From the NCBI GenBank assembly GCA_964643685.1, contig CAZXTN010000003.1, forward strand, positions 10,462-74,461: DNA of 64,000 bases, in the 5' to 3' direction. Each line of letters starts with the position of its first letter. Position 1 is the first letter of the stretch. Made by a program: the position numbers and the translations under genes. A model generated the notes under the pieces. That model was not told the origin of the DNA and did not search any database. It saw only the letters and a program-made list of their open reading frames with translations. Source of the DNA: Candidatus Micrarchaeota archaeon (GTDB lineage Archaea > B1Sed10-29 > JAJRYS01). This document shows, in pieces, positions 1 to 9,783 of the stretch.

Positions 1-991
1 AAACCCTATAGGGTCATACCCTGGTGTGATGATGCAATGAACTTCCATGCCAAGCTTGGAACCTAAATCCATGAAATCTTTGGCAAGTGACTCAGCTTCT
101 GAATGCGAAGCCATTTTAGAACCAACTCCAACTGGAATGTCAATTAGAACATGAGTAGCTCCAACAGCCTTCTTTTTTGCAAGGATTGATGCTAAAAGAA
201 CTCCACGGGGATCCATTTTTAAAGGGTGTCTTATTTTAATCAGCTTGTCATCAGCAGCAGCGAGGTTAACTCCCCCTCCCCAAACCATGCATGCATTTGT
301 TTTTTTAACTACTTTTTCAATTTTATGAGCAGGCAAGCTTACAGGAGCTAGCACTTCCATTGTATCAGCTGTTCCAGCAGGTGAAGTGATTGCTCTTGAA
401 CTTGTTTTAGGAACAGTTATTCCAGCAGCTGCTAAGATAGGCACAATAAGCATTGTTGTCCTGTTTCCAGGCACCCCTCCAATGCAATGCTTGTCTAAAA
501 TAGGCTTTTTTTTAAAATTCAAAGTTCTTCCTGAATCAACAATTGCTCTTGTTAAAAACAAAGTTTCTTTGTTACTCAATCCTCTTATGTACATTGCTGT
601 GATAAAAGCAGCGAGTTCAGCGTCACTTAATTCTTCATCCATCACGCCTTTAATAATTTCCCTTATCTCACTTTCAGTTAATTCAAAGCCATCCATTTTC
701 TTTTTAATGAATTCAATGGAAGCTGGTTTAGGCACTGGCTCAATGCTTATCTTTTGCCTTGGTTTAAGTTTAAGCTTCTTGCTGATTCCTCTGAATAACC
801 CAATTTCTCCTCTTTTAATTGAAGAATCGCTTAATTCAACAAGAGCAATTTGTGATTTTGAATGGTCTCTGACTTCAACCCTGTCCATTACACTTAAGTT
901 CAAGTCAATTGCATCTTCTTTATTCATTACAATGATGCTTTTTCCACCTGAATCCATGTCCAAATTCTTGTATTTGAATTCATACTTCACT
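1..991 (-). CDS. AMP phosphorylase (thymidine-phosphorylase family), partial; C-terminus lies beyond the window start
   Basis: Reverse-strand translation from the GTG at 991 (GGAG RBS 9 nt upstream) gives VKYEFKYKNLDMDSGGKSIIVMNKEDA...HCIGGVPGNRTTMLIVP...SSRAITSPAGTADTMEV. This matches the archaeal AMP phosphorylase N-terminal extension and the glycosyltransferase family 3 motifs. The ORF is open to position 1. Confidence 0.85.
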
Positions 992-1053
992 TAACATCAA
1001 ACTCCTATTTCACTTCTTTTTAAAAATAACATGCTTAATCTTTAAAAAACATT

Positions 1054-1347
1054 TTAAACAAACTTCTCCAACGCTTGCTTCACAGTCATTTTGTCATTAA
1101 CACCTAAACTCAAAGCTTTTTTACTGACAAAATCAACTTTTTTCAAAATCATTTCAGCAATTGACTTAACTCCCTTGACCTGAACACAAGCATCTCCAAG
1201 TTCATCTGCAACTTTTGAATTAAAATAACCGCATACTGCATAGCCTTTATCTGCTTTTATCAGCAGGAAAGGCGCGTTGCCCAAGTCAATCTTTACCCCC
1301 ACTGCAATGCCGTTGCTTAAATCAATTATTTCAGTTTCAGAAATCAT
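1054..1347 (-). CDS. DUF1805 (YunC-like) small protein
   Basis: 97-aa ORF with a CGYFN...LGDA...GV...LGV pattern reminiscent of YunC/DUF1805. It lies in an operon with the AMP phosphorylase and the e2b2-family isomerase. Confidence 0.45.
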   Translation of the reverse strand: MISETEIIDLSNGIAVGVKIDLGNAPFLLIKADKGYAVCGYFNSKVADELGDACVQVKGVKSIAEMILKKVDFVSKKALSLGVNDKMTVKQALEKFV

Positions 1348-2197
1348 TGAACATCCACTTCTTTTTCCTTAAAATCAAGTCAGGAAAAGAGTCGATTGAA
1401 AACACCCCCAAATCACTTACAGTGAAATCAACATACTCCTTTGGAGTGAAGTCAAAAGCAGGATTCACCACCTTGATATTTTTTACTCTTGTCTTCCACA
1501 CTTCGCTTGGCTTCCTCTGTTCAATTTCCTCATTATACCCATCAATTGTAAAAGGGTCAAATTTCAAGGATTCAAAAGCAGATGCGAAAGTCGTTCTTGC
1601 TTCGTCAGCTGCAAGGGCAAGCAAAGAAGTTCCAACTTTGTTAACCAAGTAACTGTCACTTGTAATGGCATCAGCTCCTACAAGAACCAAGTCAGCATCA
1701 TTTACAAACAACCTCATTGCAGAGTCAACGTAACTGGTTACAGGAATGCCATAAGACGCTAACTGCTTTGCTGTTATCCTGCCTTGAAAAAGAGGACGGG
1801 TTTCAGATGAAAAAACTTCCTCAATCTTACCTTTGTCAAATGCTTTTTTAATTATCTCAGCTACAAGCGAAGAATGACAGTGCGTCATTACAATTGAATT
1901 TCTTTTTATTTTTCTTGCGCCGAATTCAACTGCTTTTTGAAAACTGTCTTCAATCATCTCTTCAAACTCGTCAACTGCTTCTTCAATTGAGTAACCATCA
2001 TCAATTTTATAACTCACATACCTCAAGCCATTTCTAAGCATGGGTTCAGTTGCTCTTATTTTAAAAAAAGCAGAAGAAGCTTTCTTGTAAGTCTTATAAT
2101 CCAATCCTTTCAAGGACTTCAAAGCAGTTAAAGCAACATTAGTCGCGCCTTGAATCTTAAGGCTTTTTATATCCTTCAAAGTTTTCAAGTAATTCAT
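1337..2197 (-). CDS. e2b2-family protein: ribose-1,5-bisphosphate isomerase / aIF-2B-like
   Basis: 286 aa with the IQGATNVALTA and GADAITSDSYLVNKVGT motifs of the eIF-2B alpha/beta/delta / R15P isomerase family. Adjacency to AMP phosphorylase favours the R15P isomerase assignment. Confidence 0.75.
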   Translation of the reverse strand: MNYLKTLKDIKSLKIQGATNVALTALKSLKGLDYKTYKKASSAFFKIRATEPMLRNGLRYVSYKIDDGYSIEEAVDEFEEMIEDSFQKAVEFGARKIKRNSIVMTHCHSSLVAEIIKKAFDKGKIEEVFSSETRPLFQGRITAKQLASYGIPVTSYVDSAMRLFVNDADLVLVGADAITSDSYLVNKVGTSLLALAADEARTTFASAFESLKFDPFTIDGYNEEIEQRKPSEVWKTRVKNIKVVNPAFDFTPKEYVDFTVSDLGVFSIDSFPDLILRKKKWMFNDF

Positions 2198-3315
2198 AAT
2201 CTTAACACTCTTTTTACATATTTATTTTTAAGCAGTTCAGCCATTTGCTTAAAAGCAAGCACGTCCCTCATTTTAACAACTCCAACCAGCTCGCCTTTTT
2301 CAACAACAGGCAACATGGGAACACCTGCTTTTTCCATTTCATGCAATGCTTTTTCAGCTGAATCACTTGGCTTCAGCACAGGCACTTTAAAAGAATTCTC
2401 TGCAATTGTCTTGCTTGCATCAACTACTTTTGACAAGTCAAACAAGTTCAAAGAACCTTTTACAATTGCAAAACTCCTGCGGTAAAAAAACATTTTGTCA
2501 ACAACATCCTTTACAACCTCTTCTCCGTCAGCAACTAAAAAATCAGTTGATAAAAGACGTGAAACTTTCACTTTCTTCAAGTAAATAGAATCCATCAAAG
2601 CCCTGTATTCTCCGCTTGCACCTATGAAAATAAACCCTGCTATTAAAAGAAGCCAGAAATCAAAAGCAAGTAAAGAATAGACAACCATAAGCCCTGCAAT
2701 TGCAAAACTCACATTCCTGGCAATAAAAGTTGCTTTTTCTCTTGTTGTCTTAAGCGAAAGCACTGCCCTGAATATCCTGCCTCCATCAAGAGGAAAAGCA
2801 GGCAGGAACAAGTTGAAACTACCGAGCACGAGATTAGCGTAAAAAGAATAGTAAATTAAAAGAGGAAAAGAAAGGCTCATTTCATTAATCACTTTGAAAG
2901 CATTTTCAAAAGGAAGCTGAAGCAAGTGCATTGAAAAAATAAGCAAGTAGCACATTAAGAAATTGAAAAGAGGACCTGCTACAGCCACCGCCACTTCCTT
3001 CACTGGCTTTATTTTTTTAATATCCATCAAAGCCATTCCTCCTATTGGAAGAAGAACAATTTTGTCTACTCTTATGCCAAGGTGTTTGGCTACAAGAGAA
3101 TGTGAAAATTCATGGAGAGTGACAAAAACAAACACTGTTAACAGAAGCAATGCAAAAGTTGAGTCAAGAAGGAAAAGGATTAAAATGAAAAAAACAAAGC
3201 TTATGTGGGCTTCAACAGGTATCCCGAACAAAGAAAGTAATTTATAAGAAGGCTTCATACAGAATAAAACAAAAGAAACAGGACTATAAATAACTAATTG
3301 AAAGAAGGTAAACAA
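2194..3315 (-). CDS. Site-2 protease (peptidase M50) with C-terminal CBS domain pair
   Basis: 373 aa, multi-TM N-terminus, HEFSHSLVAKHLG (HExxH) and an FPLDGGR (LDG) motif, then CBS-like repeats. There is a 4-nt overlap with the downstream gene. Confidence 0.8.
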   Translation of the reverse strand: MFTFFQLVIYSPVSFVLFCMKPSYKLLSLFGIPVEAHISFVFFILILFLLDSTFALLLLTVFVFVTLHEFSHSLVAKHLGIRVDKIVLLPIGGMALMDIKKIKPVKEVAVAVAGPLFNFLMCYLLIFSMHLLQLPFENAFKVINEMSLSFPLLIYYSFYANLVLGSFNLFLPAFPLDGGRIFRAVLSLKTTREKATFIARNVSFAIAGLMVVYSLLAFDFWLLLIAGFIFIGASGEYRALMDSIYLKKVKVSRLLSTDFLVADGEEVVKDVVDKMFFYRRSFAIVKGSLNLFDLSKVVDASKTIAENSFKVPVLKPSDSAEKALHEMEKAGVPMLPVVEKGELVGVVKMRDVLAFKQMAELLKNKYVKRVLRL

Positions 3316-4248
3316 ATGGACTCTTTTGAAAAATCAGCAGAAGTTGTCATAAGCAAGTGCGTGAATCTCAAGCAAGGGGAAAAAGCGCTTATTCTCTGCG
3401 ATTACTCAACTGAAAAAATTGCACAGAAGCTGTTTGAAAAAGCAAGTGAAAAAACAGAAGCTGTTCTTGTTAAAACAAAGCCGACTGAAAGGCACGGTGT
3501 AGAACCATTAAAAGAAGTTGCTTACTTAATGAGCAAATTCGACGTAGTTCTTGCTCCGACAAAACACTCCTTGACTCACACCAAGGCAAGGCAAAACGCT
3601 ACGAAGAAAGGAGCAAGAGTTGTTACAATGCCTGGAATAACAAATAAGATTTTTGAAAAAACAATTGACATTGACTACAAGCAATTGAAAAAAGAAGTTG
3701 ACGAGCTTGCAAAGGAAATGAGGAAAGCAAAAAAGATAAGAGTGCAGTCAATTAACGGCACTGACTTTGTTTTTGAAAACGATGCAAGCAGAGTAATGGA
3801 CGATGACAACGGCTTGTTCTTGAAAAAAGGAGATTACGGCAACTTGCCTGCTGGAGAAGTTTACGTTGCTCCAATTGAAAAAACAGGAAAAGGAGTAATA
3901 GTTATTGATTCAATGGAAGATATTTGCAAGCCGAGAACAAAGCTTCTTGTAAAAAAAGGAAAGGTAATGGAAGTTGAAGGAGATGACAAGTTCAGGGAAA
4001 AATTATGGAAGTTGAAGAACGCGCGTAACATAGCTGAGTTTGGAATTGGCTTGAACCCGAAAGCCACTGTTGTAGGCAACACTCTTGAAGATGAAAAAGT
4101 AAAAGGCACGTGTCATTTTGCACTTGGCTCTAATTTTGACTTTGGAGGAAAAGTAAAAGCTGAAGTGCATTGGGACGGCATTATAATGGCCCCTTCAATT
4201 TGGTTTGATGAGGAAAAAATAATGGACAAAGGAGAACTGCTTTTATGA
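3298..4248 (+). CDS. Aminopeptidase, M29 (AmpS/aminopeptidase T)-like
   Basis: 316 aa; the C-terminal GIGLNPKATVVGNTLEDEKVKGTCHFALG...HWDGIIM region resembles the M29 HIAxG / HxD signature. The real start could be the M at 3316. Confidence 0.55.
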   Translation: MKEGKQMDSFEKSAEVVISKCVNLKQGEKALILCDYSTEKIAQKLFEKASEKTEAVLVKTKPTERHGVEPLKEVAYLMSKFDVVLAPTKHSLTHTKARQNATKKGARVVTMPGITNKIFEKTIDIDYKQLKKEVDELAKEMRKAKKIRVQSINGTDFVFENDASRVMDDDNGLFLKKGDYGNLPAGEVYVAPIEKTGKGVIVIDSMEDICKPRTKLLVKKGKVMEVEGDDKFREKLWKLKNARNIAEFGIGLNPKATVVGNTLEDEKVKGTCHFALGSNFDFGGKVKAEVHWDGIIMAPSIWFDEEKIMDKGELLL

Positions 4249-4901
4249 AAGAAAAAAAAGATCTTGAAAAAATAGGCTTGATTGAAGAGAAGAAATTCTG
4301 GGCAGTAATGCTTTTGCTTGGCTTGGCAGCTGTTGTTTCTTATTTTTATGACATGCAAATAAGCTTGGCTTTGCAGTCTATAAGAAATCCTCTGCTGGAT
4401 AAAGTGATGATAATTGCAACTGATTTAATGGGGCTTTATTTAGGCATGCCTCTGCTTGTGATTATTGTTTATTTAAAGGAAAGGAAAAGAGATAAGAGGA
4501 TATACAGGAAAGTGATAATTTCAATGATTCTGAATATTGGCTTGAGTTTTATAATCAAGCTAGCAGTGCATCGTCCACGCCCTTATGCAAATGGAATCAA
4601 AAGCGCTATAGGAGAAGAGTTTCTTTACTCCTTCCCTTCAGATCATTCTGCAAGAGCCTTCAATTACTTCTCAATACTCGCTCATTATTACAGGCACAAG
4701 CTGTTTTATTACTCATTAGCTACATTCATTGCTTTTTCAAGAGTTTATCTAGGAGTGCATTATGCTTCTGATGTTATTGCAGGGGCAATGTTTGGCTTAA
4801 TCATTTCGCATTACACTGTAAAGTACAAGTGGGGAACAAGAAGCTTTGAGTACTATGAAAAAAAGCTGCTTGAAATGAAAACAAAGTTTAAAAACAAGTA
4901 A
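4245..4901 (+). CDS. PAP2-family phosphatase (membrane)
   Basis: 218 aa with TM helices and the three PAP2 motifs (KLAVHRPRP, PSDHS, SRVYLGVHYASD). ATGA overlap with the upstream gene. Confidence 0.8.
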   Translation: MKEKKDLEKIGLIEEKKFWAVMLLLGLAAVVSYFYDMQISLALQSIRNPLLDKVMIIATDLMGLYLGMPLLVIIVYLKERKRDKRIYRKVIISMILNIGLSFIIKLAVHRPRPYANGIKSAIGEEFLYSFPSDHSARAFNYFSILAHYYRHKLFYYSLATFIAFSRVYLGVHYASDVIAGAMFGLIISHYTVKYKWGTRSFEYYEKKLLEMKTKFKNK

Positions 4902-4908
4902 AGCTTAA

Positions 4909-6630
4909 TTGGTTAACATGCTTGAATTGACTTTGATTTTTCACATTGCTTTAATGGTTCTTGCAGCGACTTTTTTTGCATTCATCTCTCACCTCCTTAA
5001 GCAACCTAATTTACTTGGTTACATACTTGCAGGCATAATTTTAGGCCCAATTGGATTAAATTTAATTTCAAACACAAGTGAAATACTCACTTTATCTGAA
5101 CTTGGAATAGCTTTCTTATTATTCAGCGCAGGAATTGAAATCAGCTTCAGCAAACTAAAAGGAGTTGGAAAAATAGCTTTCGTAAACGGGTTTCTGCAAG
5201 TTGTTCTTACAGCTGGAATCAGCTTCTTAATACTGCAAAAACTGAACGTGGACTTCTACTCTTCACTTTACATTTCCGCTGCTATTGCTTTCAGCAGCAC
5301 CACAATTGTATTGAAAATAATGTCTGACAATTTCGAACTTAACACATTACACGGCAGAATAATGCTAGGAATACTCATAATACAAGACTTGATGGCTATC
5401 CTTTTCCTTTCTTTTCTTGAAAACATGCAAAGCATTACAGCAGCATCAGTAGCTGTTCTTATTGTCAAAGCAGGCGCGCTGTTCCTAATAGGATACTTCC
5501 TGAACAAATTCATCTTCCCTAACTTGCTTAAAGCAGCTGAAAAATCCCAAGAACTCCTATTCCTCACAGCAATTTCAACACTATTCTTCTTCATGGGCCT
5601 CGCTTACGACTTAGGCTTCTCAATAGCAATAGGAGCACTTGTCGGAGGAATCTCACTTTCATTAATTCAATTTGAAACAGAAATAAACGGAAAAATAAAA
5701 ACGCTTAGGGATTTCTTTGCAATAATCTTCTTCGTCTCCCTTGGCATGCAAATAACATTGAATTTAAGCCCATGGGCTATTGAACTAATCCTTGCAATCA
5801 TCCTGCTTACTGTCCTGCTCAAGCCTCTGATACTATTCCTCCTTCACTTGATATCAGGTTACGGAGGAAGAACTTCTTTAATCACAGGAATAGGGCTTGG
5901 TCAAATGAGCGAATTTTCATTCATAATAGCTGTGCAAGGCGTTGCTCTTGGATACTTGACTCAAGAACAATTCACTGCAATGACAATCCCAATAATACTG
6001 ACAATAGCTGTCTCTCCTTATTTTTTCAAATACGACAACAGCATATTCAACGCATTGTTGAAAATAAAAAATAAATTAAAATTACCTGACTTGAAGTTCA
6101 TTAGAAGAAGAGTGCCGAAAACGAGAAAAATCAACACAAAAGAACTTAAAAACCACACCCTGCTAATAGGAGCTCATAGAATGGGAAGAGAGATAATAAA
6201 CGAGCTTCATAAAAAACACAAGCTAATTATAATTGACTACGACCCTGAAGTGATAAAAGAACTTGACTCAAAAGGATACAATTGCATTTACGGAGACGCT
6301 TACAACGACTACATCCTTGAAAAAGCAAAAGCAGGTAAAGCAAAACTAGCAGTCATTACAATTCCAGATGATTCAATAATACTTGCAGTGATTTCAAAAC
6401 TTAGAAAAATGAACCCAAAAATCAAGATATTCACAAGAGCAAACTTTGTTGAAGATGCAATTAAATTCTACGAAGCAGGAGCAAATGCAGTGATACTCCC
6501 AGAAGTAATAGCTGGACAGAAAATGATTAAAAGAATAAACTCCCTAGTAAAAGACGAAGTTAAAATAAAAAAAATGAAAGAAAAGCATTTGAAAGAACTT
6601 AGAAAAAACTGCAAAAAAAACAAGACTTGA
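4909..6630 (+). CDS. Cation:proton antiporter (CPA2/Kef-type) with C-terminal TrkA-N/RCK domain
   Basis: 573 aa; about 12 predicted TM helices followed by an LLIGAHRMGREIINEL Rossmann-type RCK domain. Confidence 0.8.
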   Translation: MVNMLELTLIFHIALMVLAATFFAFISHLLKQPNLLGYILAGIILGPIGLNLISNTSEILTLSELGIAFLLFSAGIEISFSKLKGVGKIAFVNGFLQVVLTAGISFLILQKLNVDFYSSLYISAAIAFSSTTIVLKIMSDNFELNTLHGRIMLGILIIQDLMAILFLSFLENMQSITAASVAVLIVKAGALFLIGYFLNKFIFPNLLKAAEKSQELLFLTAISTLFFFMGLAYDLGFSIAIGALVGGISLSLIQFETEINGKIKTLRDFFAIIFFVSLGMQITLNLSPWAIELILAIILLTVLLKPLILFLLHLISGYGGRTSLITGIGLGQMSEFSFIIAVQGVALGYLTQEQFTAMTIPIILTIAVSPYFFKYDNSIFNALLKIKNKLKLPDLKFIRRRVPKTRKINTKELKNHTLLIGAHRMGREIINELHKKHKLIIIDYDPEVIKELDSKGYNCIYGDAYNDYILEKAKAGKAKLAVITIPDDSIILAVISKLRKMNPKIKIFTRANFVEDAIKFYEAGANAVILPEVIAGQKMIKRINSLVKDEVKIKKMKEKHLKELRKNCKKNKT

Positions 6631-6660
6631 AAAACAAATAAAACAAAGAGGATATGAAAA

Positions 6661-7089
6661 ATGAACTCGAAAATAAAAGCACTTGCAATACTCATAATAA
6701 GCATCATTACCTTCAGCTTAGGCTTTTTATCAGAAAACCTTGGAATAAAAACACTTCAAATAATACCCCCTGCAACAACAAACATCACATTAGTAGTAAT
6801 CACCTTCGGATTTGGAATGCTCTTCTTCGGATACTTCCCATGGATACTAACTTACTTCATAGGGGAATACCTCGGCTTAATTTTCAAACTTCATCAGCAA
6901 TCCACAACCCAAATATTACTCCTTACCCTTGCAATAATGCTAATTGCCTTCTCAAGCTCATGGCTTGGAATAAGCTTATACAATGACTTAGCTGGAAAAC
7001 AAAGCGCTTTCTCAAAAGAATTGAAAAAAAACACGATAATCATAATAATCTCACTTATTCTAGCAATAGCAAGCCAAGTTATTGCATAA
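6661..7089 (+). CDS. Hypothetical small membrane protein
   Basis: 142 aa, about 4 hydrophobic helices, no recognisable motif. Confidence 0.4.
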   Translation: MNSKIKALAILIISIITFSLGFLSENLGIKTLQIIPPATTNITLVVITFGFGMLFFGYFPWILTYFIGEYLGLIFKLHQQSTTQILLLTLAIMLIAFSSSWLGISLYNDLAGKQSAFSKELKKNTIIIIISLILAIASQVIA

Positions 7090-7179
7090 AAGTAGTTACA
7101 ACAATATTTTTAAATAGAAGTTAAGAGCTTAACTATAACTGAACAGACCTTTTTTCCAGAATGCGTCACCGTTGTTTTG

Positions 7180-7217
7180 GGAGAGTTTTCCGTTCAAAAA
7201 ACTCTCCTATCTATTTT
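7180..7217 (+). terminator. Perfect 10-bp-stem hairpin (GGAGAGTTTT / AAAACTCTCC) followed by a short T-run
   Basis: Seen directly in the sequence about 90 nt downstream of the 6661..7089 gene. Archaeal termination normally needs only oligo-T, so the role is uncertain. Confidence 0.3.
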
Positions 7218-7353
7218 TACCTGAATCAAAAAGCAGAATTAGAAGATAATAGAAACAGGAGTTTACAAAACATTTATAAACATGACACGATTACATTCTA
7301 ACCTGCACACAAGAACTTGGACGAAAAAACGAAATTAAAGGAGGGACGAGAAA

Positions 7354-7476
7354 ATGAGCATGGCTAAATTTGCTAAATACAAGCAGCTTGAACAATTAAA
7401 AACTTTTTCTGAAAACAACAAAAGATACTTAAACATAAGCATAGGCACTGTAATAACAACCCAAATGCCAAACTAA
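7354..7476 (+). CDS. Small ORF (40 aa), hypothetical
   Basis: ATG preceded by AGGAGGG 8 nt upstream; a TTTATAAA TATA-like box about 75 nt upstream. Translation MSMAKFAKYKQLEQLKTFSENNKRYLNISIGTVITTQMPN. Not in the ORF track because it is under 60 aa. Confidence 0.3.
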   Translation: MSMAKFAKYKQLEQLKTFSENNKRYLNISIGTVITTQMPN

Positions 7477-7489
7477 AAAAAAAATCTCT

Positions 7490-7897
7490 TTAAATCCAAA
7501 AAGCAGCTGTCTTCTCCATAGCTGCTTTCAACTCTTTTTCTTTAACCCTCGGAAACTTCAAAACTTTGAATTCAAACTCTTCTTCAAAATCCCTGTAATT
7601 CCTAACCCCCTTCCATGAAACAAACAAGCTCCTTACACCCGGCTTAGCTTTCTCAACAGCCCTCTTAATCTGCCTCTCACCTAAAAACCGCACAAGAAAC
7701 TCAAGCTCTTCACTTGAAGCAAAATTACAGCCATTCTCAAACGCTTTTTTCATTTCATTAACAGCATGCAAAACCTGCTTTTCACCTACAAAAAAAGAAG
7801 CATTCAAAACCTGACAACCTTCATGACTATTAAGAAAATCCACTACTTTCTGAAAATCAAAGTCCTTAAACTGAACCAATTTAACAACAACCTTCAT
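7490..7897 (-). CDS. cgi121: KEOPS complex subunit Cgi121
   Basis: Resembles archaeal Cgi121 (NASFFVGEKQVLHAVNEMKKAF and LVRFLGERQIKRAVEKAKPG align with M. jannaschii Cgi121). Start taken at the internal MKVVVKL; the upstream MYCFIFLLFF extension looks non-coding. Confidence 0.6.
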   Translation of the reverse strand: MKVVVKLVQFKDFDFQKVVDFLNSHEGCQVLNASFFVGEKQVLHAVNEMKKAFENGCNFASSEELEFLVRFLGERQIKRAVEKAKPGVRSLFVSWKGVRNYRDFEEEFEFKVLKFPRVKEKELKAAMEKTAAFWI

Positions 7898-7998
7898 ATA
7901 ATAAAGTTTAAAAAACAATAAGAATATAAAACAATACACTTAAAAATTAAAACAAGCTAATCAAAAAAATGCTTATTTTCAACGGAGGATAGGAAAAC

Positions 7999-8394
7999 AT
8001 GGCAAAAACACAATCAAATGAAAACAAGAAAAAACCAACAGGTGGAAAAAGAATAAACTACAAGAAAAAGAAGAAGTATGAATTAAGCGGAGTGCAAGCC
8101 CTGCCAACTATTTCAAAAAAAGACGAAAGAAAAAAAGTAAGGGCAATGGGAAACAAGAAAAAAATCAAACTAAAACACGCTTTAAAAGTCAACGTGCTTG
8201 ACAAAAAAACAGGAAAATACACTGTAACTGAACTGCAGACAGCAAGAGAAAACCCTGCAAACAGAAACTTCGCCAGAAGAAACATAATAACAAAAGGAGC
8301 AATAATAACAACAAAAATCGGAGACGTGAGAATCACAAGCAGGCCAGGACAAGACGGATGCGTAAACGCAGTTCTAATAGAAAAAAAGCAGTAA
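7999..8394 (+). CDS. rps8e: 30S ribosomal protein S8e
   Basis: 131 aa; basic N-terminus with PTGGKR and a C-terminal ITSRPGQDGCVNAVLIE, typical of S8e. Confidence 0.85.
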   Translation: MAKTQSNENKKKPTGGKRINYKKKKKYELSGVQALPTISKKDERKKVRAMGNKKKIKLKHALKVNVLDKKTGKYTVTELQTARENPANRNFARRNIITKGAIITTKIGDVRITSRPGQDGCVNAVLIEKKQ

Positions 8395-8487
8395 ACTGCT
8401 TTTTTTAAACCAATTCTTCCTTTTTCTTGGATTCACTTTTTTAATCAAACCAAACTTTTAAAAGCTAAAAAGCTGTTAAAAAAAACT

Positions 8488-9735
8488 ATGCAAGTATTAA
8501 AAGAAAACACACAAGGAATTTTTTACGCTTCTTTAATGCTATTTCTTGTATTTGGCTTAACATTCATACTAGTAACTACTTTGAATCCATTTGAAACAAA
8601 TTCATTAAATTTAAAAGCACCAGCACAGCCAGTAATACTCCCCATAGAATCACCAAGCTGCCCTGTTAACTTAACAACAATAACAAGCAAAGACACTGCA
8701 ACTTTAAAATGGAACTTATGCAATGAAACAGATTTTTACAGGCTAAACAAAAGAGTTTTAAACGGCAGTTGGCAATGGGTAAAAGATTATGAAAAAACAA
8801 GAAACAATGCCCTTGTATTAAGACAAGAAGAAGATATGGAATACAGGATCATAGCCTTAATAGGAGAGTCACTGCAATTAAATGGAACAGAAAATAACAC
8901 AATTTTAAACATTTCAAACACGATATTAATCCCAGCTAAAATACAAGAAGAGAGCAATACAAACACAACCCAAGAACAAGACAACTCAACAAGCCCTGAA
9001 AATGAAACAAGTTCAGAGCAGCAATTCACTTGTGCAATAAGCTTAAATTCACTTCAACAAAACAACAGCAGCCAATATACTTTAAAATGGAACTTGTGCA
9101 ATGAAACAGATTTTTACAGGCTAAACAAAAGAGTTTTAAACGGCAGTTGGCAATGGGTAAAAGATTATGAAAAAACAAGAAACAATACAAATGTATCAAT
9201 GGAAGACAAGGAAATAGAATACAGGATAATAGCAGCAAAAGGGCAGTCACTGCAGTTAAACGGAACAGAAAACATTACAATCCTAAACATTTCAAACACA
9301 GTGCTAATCCCTGCATTAATACAACAAGAAGAAAACACTACAAACACAACCCAAGAACAAAACACTACAACAGAAAATCCGCAGAATGAAACAAGCACAA
9401 GCAATACAACAAGCACGCAACAATGCAGCGACTCAGATGCAGGAATAAATAAAAACATTCAAGGAACAGCAACTCTTGGAACCACTTCAAAAACAGACTA
9501 CTGCTCAGGAGGAGGCTTAATAGAATACTACTGCTTAGACAATCAAATAAAATCAGTTTACATTTCATGCGAAGACACATGCCAGAATGGAAAATGCATA
9601 ACAAATACAACTCAAAATATCACCTCAACAGAAGAACCAGAACAAGTTCAACCACAACCAACAGTCAAAACAAACACAAACCCTTCAATAATAGACATTT
9701 TTTCAGCAATAATAAAATACTTTTTCAAAGTATAA
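8488..9735 (+). CDS. Secreted/anchored N-glycosylation-rich protein with an internal duplicated ~95-aa module and Cys-rich C-terminus
   Basis: N-terminal hydrophobic anchor. Two near-identical copies of TLKWNLCNETDFYRLNKRVLNGSWQWVKDYEKTRNN...LQLNGTEN.TILNISNT.LIPA. Dense NxT/NxS sequons, and a C-terminal cluster of 8 Cys. Confidence 0.6.
   Translation: MQVLKENTQGIFYASLMLFLVFGLTFILVTTLNPFETNSLNLKAPAQPVILPIESPSCPVNLTTITSKDTATLKWNLCNETDFYRLNKRVLNGSWQWVKDYEKTRNNALVLRQEEDMEYRIIALIGESLQLNGTENNTILNISNTILIPAKIQEESNTNTTQEQDNSTSPENETSSEQQFTCAISLNSLQQNNSSQYTLKWNLCNETDFYRLNKRVLNGSWQWVKDYEKTRNNTNVSMEDKEIEYRIIAAKGQSLQLNGTENITILNISNTVLIPALIQQEENTTNTTQEQNTTTENPQNETSTSNTTSTQQCSDSDAGINKNIQGTATLGTTSKTDYCSGGGLIEYYCLDNQIKSVYISCEDTCQNGKCITNTTQNITSTEEPEQVQPQPTVKTNTNPSIIDIFSAIIKYFFKV
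8701..9363 (+). repeat. Intragenic duplication: two ~285-bp near-identical copies, starting at 8701 and 9079 (378 bp apart)
   Basis: Direct comparison of 8701..8985 with 9079..9363 shows long identical runs, e.g. ctttaaaatggaactt.tgcaatgaaacagatttttacaggctaaacaaaagagttttaaacggcagttggcaatgggtaaaagattatgaaaaaacaagaaacaat. Confidence 0.85.
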
Positions 9736-9783
9736 AGAAAAAACAAGATTAACTTTTTATTAACCAAGCACTTAAACACACTT

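Noticed and set aside
386-994. 202-aa plus-strand ORF in the track
   Set aside because: It is antisense to a well-supported AMP phosphorylase gene, and its translation is low-complexity S/L/I-rich with no motifs. It is a spurious shadow ORF.
8488-9735. Possible CRISPR array (regularly spaced repeats)
   Set aside because: The repeats are about 285 bp and lie inside a continuous protein-coding frame. There are no short 25-40 bp repeat/spacer periodicities anywhere in the window and no cas genes.
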